This document shows, piece after piece, positions 24,836 to 29,479 of a stretch of DNA of 29,479 nt (positions are counted from its first letter, which is position 1; every line of letters begins with the position of its first letter). The position numbers were made by a program, and so were the translations under genes. Origin of the DNA: a virus (lineage: Duplodnaviria; Caudoviricetes); the IMG/VR virus record IMGVR_UViG_3300011437_000022, positions 1-29,479 of that record. The stretch is one strand, 5' to 3'. A model generated the notes under the pieces. The model was not told the DNA's origin. It worked only from the letters and a program-made list of their open reading frames with translations, and ran no database searches.

Positions 24836-26829
24836 CCAACGAAAAGCTCATCCTCTTCTTAAATGCCTGTCTCTCGGAGTGCGAGGACACCTGGCGCGAC
24901 AAGCGGAAGGTCATGCAGGAGTGCTACGACCGCTACCTGTCGTACCGGGATCATTCGAAGAAGAAGTCCTGGCAACATAAGATCGTGGTGCCGGCCGTCT
25001 ACCCCGCGATCAAGGGCGCCTCGGGACTCATCCGTAGGATCCTCCTTAAATCGGACGAATTCTTCAAGTTCGTACCGGAGCGCCGAGACAACGCGCCGCA
25101 AAACGCCGCGGCCGCCCCCGCGGCTCTTCCTCCTGGTGGGATGACGCCGCCCGCACCAGGCGCACCTGTGCCCGGGAACGGGGCCATGCCCGCGGGAATG
25201 GCCCCGGCAGGGGCGCCCGTTGAGGACACGATGGATAACTTCGCCCGGGCCTTCACCAGGAAGGTCCGGTTCCATATCGACGAGTGCGATTTCATCGACA
25301 AGTTCGCGGAAGCCGTCGAATCGGCGTTCGTCATGTTCTACGGTTGCCTCAAGTTCACCCCCGTCCGATGCGACGAGACGAAGATCGTCTGGGCGTTCAA
25401 CCCCCAAGCGGTTGATAAGGTATCCGGGCTCTCAGCGCCGCGGTTCGAATTCCTCCGGGAAATCTCCGAGCGCGGGAAGCTCCGATGCGAAGTGGTCAAC
25501 CCGCTCCTGCTCTATTTCCCCGTCGATCGGTCCTATATCATCGAAGAATCCAGGATCCAACTGTCGGATCTGCTCTACAACGAGGAGGGGATCAAGTACG
25601 ACAAGCGGGAACTGAATAAGCTCAAACGGGAGGATTACGTCAACGCGGATCAGTCCGAGGCCGAACAGGCGCGCCGGCTCATGCTACGGATCTCGGGCGA
25701 GAGGAAGAATAAATACCGCAAGGAAGTGGTCCTCCACACGTTCTATGGGACGATCACCGAAGAAGATGGCACGGTGGTCAAGCGGGACGCCCGTTTCATC
25801 GTCGCCAACAAGAAGTACGTCCTCCTGAAACCGGAAGCGTCCCCCTACTGGCTCCGGAAGCATCCGTTCGTTTTCCTCACGCCATTGAAAACCCTGTTCA
25901 TGGTCATCGGCAACGGCATGGTCGACGGGATCCGGCCGATCATCAACGCTCTGGATAACATCGTGAACATGGCCGGCGATAAGGCCCTCTTCTCCCTCCT
26001 GGCGCCCACAGAGATCAACGTCGACGCCTTGAAGGATCCGGAACAGGCCGAGGGAGGATTGACCCCGGGCAAGCTCTACAAGACCAAGGGCCCCCTGGGA
26101 CAGGCCATGCACCAGATTCAGCAGGGGGATATCGCCCAGGGTACGTTCGTCCTCGCGGATCTGTTCCGGTCGTTCATCCAGAACTACACCGGATGGACGG
26201 AATTCATCCAGGGGATGCCGTCTGCCAAGGGAGACGTGACGGCTACCGAGGTAAACCGAAAGACGGAAGCCTCCACCGTGCAGTTCGAAAACATCGCGTC
26301 CTCGATCGAGAAAGGCGGGATCATCGAGTCGATCGAAGTGGTCCGGGACTTCACCATCCAGTATTTCATGGACCCCGCGTTCAACCCGGAAACCTCCGAT
26401 ATGTTCGAACAGGAGGGAGTGCCCCTCGATACCCTGCCGGAAGCCGAGCGATACGCTTTCGTCAATAAGCGATATCCGATCCGGGTGAAAGGGCTCTCGG
26501 CTTTCTTCGACGCCGATCGGAGGCGCCGGGATATGGTCGAACTGTTCGAACTCCTGGCGAAGGTGCCAGCGATCGCGGTTCGCCTCAACCTCGAGGAATT
26601 CCTGTCTCGAGTCCTCAATACCTACGACGAGCCCAATCCGGAGGACTTGATCCTGAAACAGCCTCCGATCGCGCCGGGTACACAGTTGGACCCGAAAACG
26701 GGGATGCCGATCCCCGTCCCGCAATCTCCGATGGATGCGGCGACGATGATGAAGATGCTGTCCGGTATGAACCCGCCGCCGGCGCCGCCTGGGGGAGGGG
26801 CGGGCGTTCCGGGAATGTTGCCTCAATAA
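24832..26829 (+). CDS. Portal protein (podovirus-type)
   Basis: 665 aa between terminase and scaffold. PFV...P.......GNGMVDGIRPIINALDNIVN, TATEV, Pro/Met/Gly-rich C-terminal tail. Confidence 0.85.
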   Translation: MTNEKLILFLNACLSECEDTWRDKRKVMQECYDRYLSYRDHSKKKSWQHKIVVPAVYPAIKGASGLIRRILLKSDEFFKFVPERRDNAPQNAAAAPAALPPGGMTPPAPGAPVPGNGAMPAGMAPAGAPVEDTMDNFARAFTRKVRFHIDECDFIDKFAEAVESAFVMFYGCLKFTPVRCDETKIVWAFNPQAVDKVSGLSAPRFEFLREISERGKLRCEVVNPLLLYFPVDRSYIIEESRIQLSDLLYNEEGIKYDKRELNKLKREDYVNADQSEAEQARRLMLRISGERKNKYRKEVVLHTFYGTITEEDGTVVKRDARFIVANKKYVLLKPEASPYWLRKHPFVFLTPLKTLFMVIGNGMVDGIRPIINALDNIVNMAGDKALFSLLAPTEINVDALKDPEQAEGGLTPGKLYKTKGPLGQAMHQIQQGDIAQGTFVLADLFRSFIQNYTGWTEFIQGMPSAKGDVTATEVNRKTEASTVQFENIASSIEKGGIIESIEVVRDFTIQYFMDPAFNPETSDMFEQEGVPLDTLPEAERYAFVNKRYPIRVKGLSAFFDADRRRRDMVELFELLAKVPAIAVRLNLEEFLSRVLNTYDEPNPEDLILKQPPIAPGTQLDPKTGMPIPVPQSPMDAATMMKMLSGMNPPPAPPGGGAGVPGMLPQ

Positions 26830-26848
26830 AAAAAAGGGGAGGAAAGGG

Positions 26849-27163
26849 ATGGAAGAGGAAAAGTGGGAAGGATCAAAAGCGTTCCTGGCCTTGAAGGCGA
26901 AGAAGGAGAAGGGGATCCGCGCGGCGGCTTTCCTGGAATCGGACTTCTGGAAGCTCGACATGAAGCCGTACCTCGACGGGATCTCGAAGAACTGCTCGGC
27001 CAGGATGATCTCCGTCATCAACAACCCGGGGGAGATGGCCTTCTGGTTCGGGTGGGAACGGTCCACGGACGCCATGAACGAGGCGCTTCTGGAAACGGCG
27101 AAGGCCGCGAATCTCGACCTGTCCGAGCCCGCGGAGCCCGCCGAACCGAGCATCGAACAGTAG
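26849..27163 (+). CDS. Hypothetical head-module protein
   Basis: RBS GGGGAGG. Small helical protein in the usual post-portal position. Confidence 0.7.
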   Translation: MEEEKWEGSKAFLALKAKKEKGIRAAAFLESDFWKLDMKPYLDGISKNCSARMISVINNPGEMAFWFGWERSTDAMNEALLETAKAANLDLSEPAEPAEPSIEQ

Positions 27164-27173
27164 GGGGAAGGAT

Positions 27174-27473
27174 ATGCCGATCGTAAACGAGATCAAGCTC
27201 AAGTTCTCCTGCACCAAGAACGGGCAGGAAGTGGCGATCGTCAACAAGGTCCCGCGGGTCGTGTCCGTTCTCACGTTCACCCCGGTATTCGATCCCCTGC
27301 TCGACCAGGGGAAGTACCTCGAGCTTGCCGGGAAATCCACGCTTCGCCTGGTGACGCCGGAACTGGCCGCGGGCGAAGAGATCGACATAGGCCATGAATA
27401 CATCGTTTCTCTCTCTCAACCCCCAACATCGACCGGCCAGGGAGAAATCCCCGCCCGGAAGAAAGCCAAGTAA
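27174..27473 (+). CDS. Hypothetical protein
   Basis: RBS GGGGGAAGG. Packs between its neighbours. Confidence 0.65.
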   Translation: MPIVNEIKLKFSCTKNGQEVAIVNKVPRVVSVLTFTPVFDPLLDQGKYLELAGKSTLRLVTPELAAGEEIDIGHEYIVSLSQPPTSTGQGEIPARKKAK

Positions 27474-27482
27474 GGAGGCGCA

Positions 27483-28409
27483 ATGCTGAAAAACCTTCTA
27501 CTCACCCTGGCCGAGCCAGGGTCGGAAGGTGGTAGCGGAGGCGGCGGCGCACCCGAAGCCCCCGTAGTCGGACTTCCACCGTTGCCGAGTGCCGCATCCA
27601 GGGAGAAGATCTACGATGCCTCGGATGCCGCGCCGGCCACAGACGCCCCTCCTGCCGAAACCGACAAGAAGGAGACTCCCCCTGCAAAGGATTCGGAGAA
27701 AACCGACGCCGGCAAAGGCAAGGAGAAGGCAGACGCGGAAGGCACCAAGGCCGATCCGGAGAAACGGATCAAGGACACCCAGGCCGCGTTCCACAAGACC
27801 CGAGAGGACCTGGCCGTGGAGCGGAAAGAGAAGGCCGAACTCAAGGCGAAGCTCGATCTCGTCGCCAAGCACGTCGACCTGGACAAGCTGACGGAGTACG
27901 ACAAGACCCAGGCCGAGGCCGAACTCGATCAGCCCCTCACCAAGCGGGACCTCAAGGCGAAGGAGGACGCGGAGGCCAAGGCTCGGGCCGAAGCCGAACG
28001 GACACGGATCGACGCCGCCGAGAAGGAGGCAACGGATAAATTCGTGGAGAAGTTCGTCACGGATAATCCGCACGTTAAGCCCCATCTCGATTCCGGCGCC
28101 GCGAAGGGAGTCTGGGAAGTGGCGGCTACGAGGATCTGGAACGAAAATCCGGAGATCTCCAAGCAGGAGCTTTTGGAGAAGGCCGCGATCGAGGTTGCAG
28201 ATCACTTCCGCAAACTGGACGCGAATACGCGCAAAGAGGTAGCCAAGGAATTAACCACCAGACGGGAATCGCTCGACCAGGGACGTACCCCGGCATCCGG
28301 GGGGGCGCCAAGCGGCGGCTCGGAAGAGGACGATGCTACGGACTCTCCCCAGGCCGAATTCGCTCGACGCAACGCGATCCGCAATCGGGCGTTTCGCCCA
28401 ACTCTTTGA
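27483..28409 (+). CDS. Capsid scaffolding protein
   Basis: RBS AAGGAGG. Disordered acidic N-terminus, coiled coil (EKRIKDTQAAFHK). Immediately upstream of the capsid gene. Confidence 0.8.
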   Translation: MLKNLLLTLAEPGSEGGSGGGGAPEAPVVGLPPLPSAASREKIYDASDAAPATDAPPAETDKKETPPAKDSEKTDAGKGKEKADAEGTKADPEKRIKDTQAAFHKTREDLAVERKEKAELKAKLDLVAKHVDLDKLTEYDKTQAEAELDQPLTKRDLKAKEDAEAKARAEAERTRIDAAEKEATDKFVEKFVTDNPHVKPHLDSGAAKGVWEVAATRIWNENPEISKQELLEKAAIEVADHFRKLDANTRKEVAKELTTRRESLDQGRTPASGGAPSGGSEEDDATDSPQAEFARRNAIRNRAFRPTL

Positions 28410-28432
28410 AAGGGAGGTAGTAAAAACAACCT

Positions 28433-29347
28433 ATGTCGGTCGCCTCGAATTGGGTTTCCCAGGGCTCCTACCTGGCAAACGCCAAACTCAGCCGTACCAC
28501 CCGCCACGCGGCCCAAGCGGAGATGGTGTTCCGTCAGTACGCCGACGTGCAGGAGGAATTCGGCAAAGGCAAGGGCGACACGGTGAACTTCGACAAGTGG
28601 GGCAACATCAGCACGGGAGGCGGGACGCTTGTGGAAACCGCCACCATGCCGAGACGTTCCCACACCCCGTACAAGGGCACGTTGACCGTGAACGAATACG
28701 GCAACGGGCACGGATACACGGGGAAGCTCGAAGCCCTGTCGCAGTTCGACGAGTCCCAGAAGATCAACCGCATCCTCAAGAACGACATGGTGGAGACGAT
28801 GGATACCGCCGTGGAAGCGGAATTCGCGGCGACGAAGATCGTCTACGTCGCGTCCTCGGGCTCGGCGTACAACCTCTACACGGACGGGACACCCGTGCAG
28901 ACGTGTTCGGCGTCCTTCGATGACTACCACGCGAAAAACATCGTCGATTACCTCTACTCGACGATGAAGGCGTCGAAGTATTCGGGGGGCTTCTACCACG
29001 GCATCCTGTCCACCCAGGCGGCCAGGGGCTTGCACGACAAGCTCCAGGCGTTCTGGATCTACACGAAGTACCCCGTCAACGGGGAGATCGGCTCCTACTA
29101 CCGGGTGCGGTACTCGATGAGCAACCACGCCATTTCCAACGCGATGGGCATTTCGGCGGCGTTCGGCGAGGCGTACATCTTCGGGTCCGACACGGTGATG
29201 GAAGCCATCGTCATTCCGGAAGAGATCCGCTACGAAGTCAAGGACGTCGGCCGGGACAAGATGATCGCCTGGTACGCACTCCTGGGCTTCAAAGTGTTCT
29301 GGGCGGGCGATCCGGACAACTCGATCGTCAAGTTCGGGGGGGCCTAA
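28433..29347 (+). CDS. Major capsid protein (HK97 fold, N4-gp56/P22-like)
   Basis: VFRQYAD...GKGKGDTVNF, LTVNEYGN, NGEIGSYYRVRY, DVGRDKMIAWYALLGF. RBS GGGAGGT. Confidence 0.88.
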   Translation: MSVASNWVSQGSYLANAKLSRTTRHAAQAEMVFRQYADVQEEFGKGKGDTVNFDKWGNISTGGGTLVETATMPRRSHTPYKGTLTVNEYGNGHGYTGKLEALSQFDESQKINRILKNDMVETMDTAVEAEFAATKIVYVASSGSAYNLYTDGTPVQTCSASFDDYHAKNIVDYLYSTMKASKYSGGFYHGILSTQAARGLHDKLQAFWIYTKYPVNGEIGSYYRVRYSMSNHAISNAMGISAAFGEAYIFGSDTVMEAIVIPEEIRYEVKDVGRDKMIAWYALLGFKVFWAGDPDNSIVKFGGA

Positions 29348-29350
29348 ACC

Positions 29351-29479
29351 ATGAGCGACACTCGCGGTCGGTCCTACTCGGCTGTTGGGCAAGCGAAGCA
29401 GATGCTTCGCATCGGAACCTCTCTCACCCTGACCGGGACCTCGGCGGGAGGCGCGATCGCGGCGACCTCCATCCGGATC
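29351..29479 (+). CDS. Partial gene after the capsid gene (possible decoration protein), 3'-truncated
   Basis: ATG 3 nt after the capsid stop; open to the window end (MSDTRGRSYSAVGQ...). Confidence 0.55.
   Translation, partial: MSDTRGRSYSAVGQAKQMLRIGTSLTLTGTSAGGAIAATSIRI

Larger units (their letters stand above)
1..29479. mobile_element. Tailed bacteriophage genome segment (podovirus-like; no host DNA evident)
   Basis: Terminase, portal, scaffold, major capsid, tailspike-like protein, lysozyme, holin, phage-type replication initiator and SSB in a continuous modular layout. No tape measure or sheath gene in the window. Confidence 0.95.

Noticed and set aside
25684-29392. Long minus-strand ORFs opposite portal, scaffold and capsid (25684-27153, 27498-28205, 28202-29392)
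   Set aside because: Same shadow effect; the translations are not protein-like.
1-29479. Very frequent GATC/GGATCC sites as a methylation or restriction signal
   Set aside because: Plausibly explained by ATC/GAT/CCG codon preferences; cannot be judged without a Markov-model count.

Overview
The window is about 29.5 kb of a high-GC tailed phage, podovirus-like by gene content, with no host genes visible. Left to right it holds: (i) the 3' part of the virion module, with a giant >2,775-aa protein (DarB-like N6-adenine methyltransferase + SF2 helicase fused to a PLxRFG-type internal-virion region, open at the left edge) and a beta-helix tailspike-like protein; (ii) a lysis cassette (GH24 lysozyme, 3TM holin, small membrane and secreted proteins); (iii) a converging minus-strand early operon of small regulators and ssDNA-binding proteins ending in SAM methyltransferase-hldA-hldC-gmhA, i.e. 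a phage-borne ADP-heptose pathway; (iv) back-to-back sigma70-type promoters, a Cro-like HTH, a short replication initiator and an origin with palindromic iterons and three DnaA boxes; (v) the packaging/head module (TerS, a TerL split into two genes, portal, scaffold, major capsid). No integrase, CI-like repressor, polymerase, tRNA or CRISPR array was seen. The most unusual signals are the heptose operon, four structural-looking proteins with signal peptides and recurrent D-N-[T/V] motifs, an out-of-frame gene with its own promoter and RBS nested in the giant gene, and the split terminase. All family calls come from motifs recognised by eye; no searches were run.
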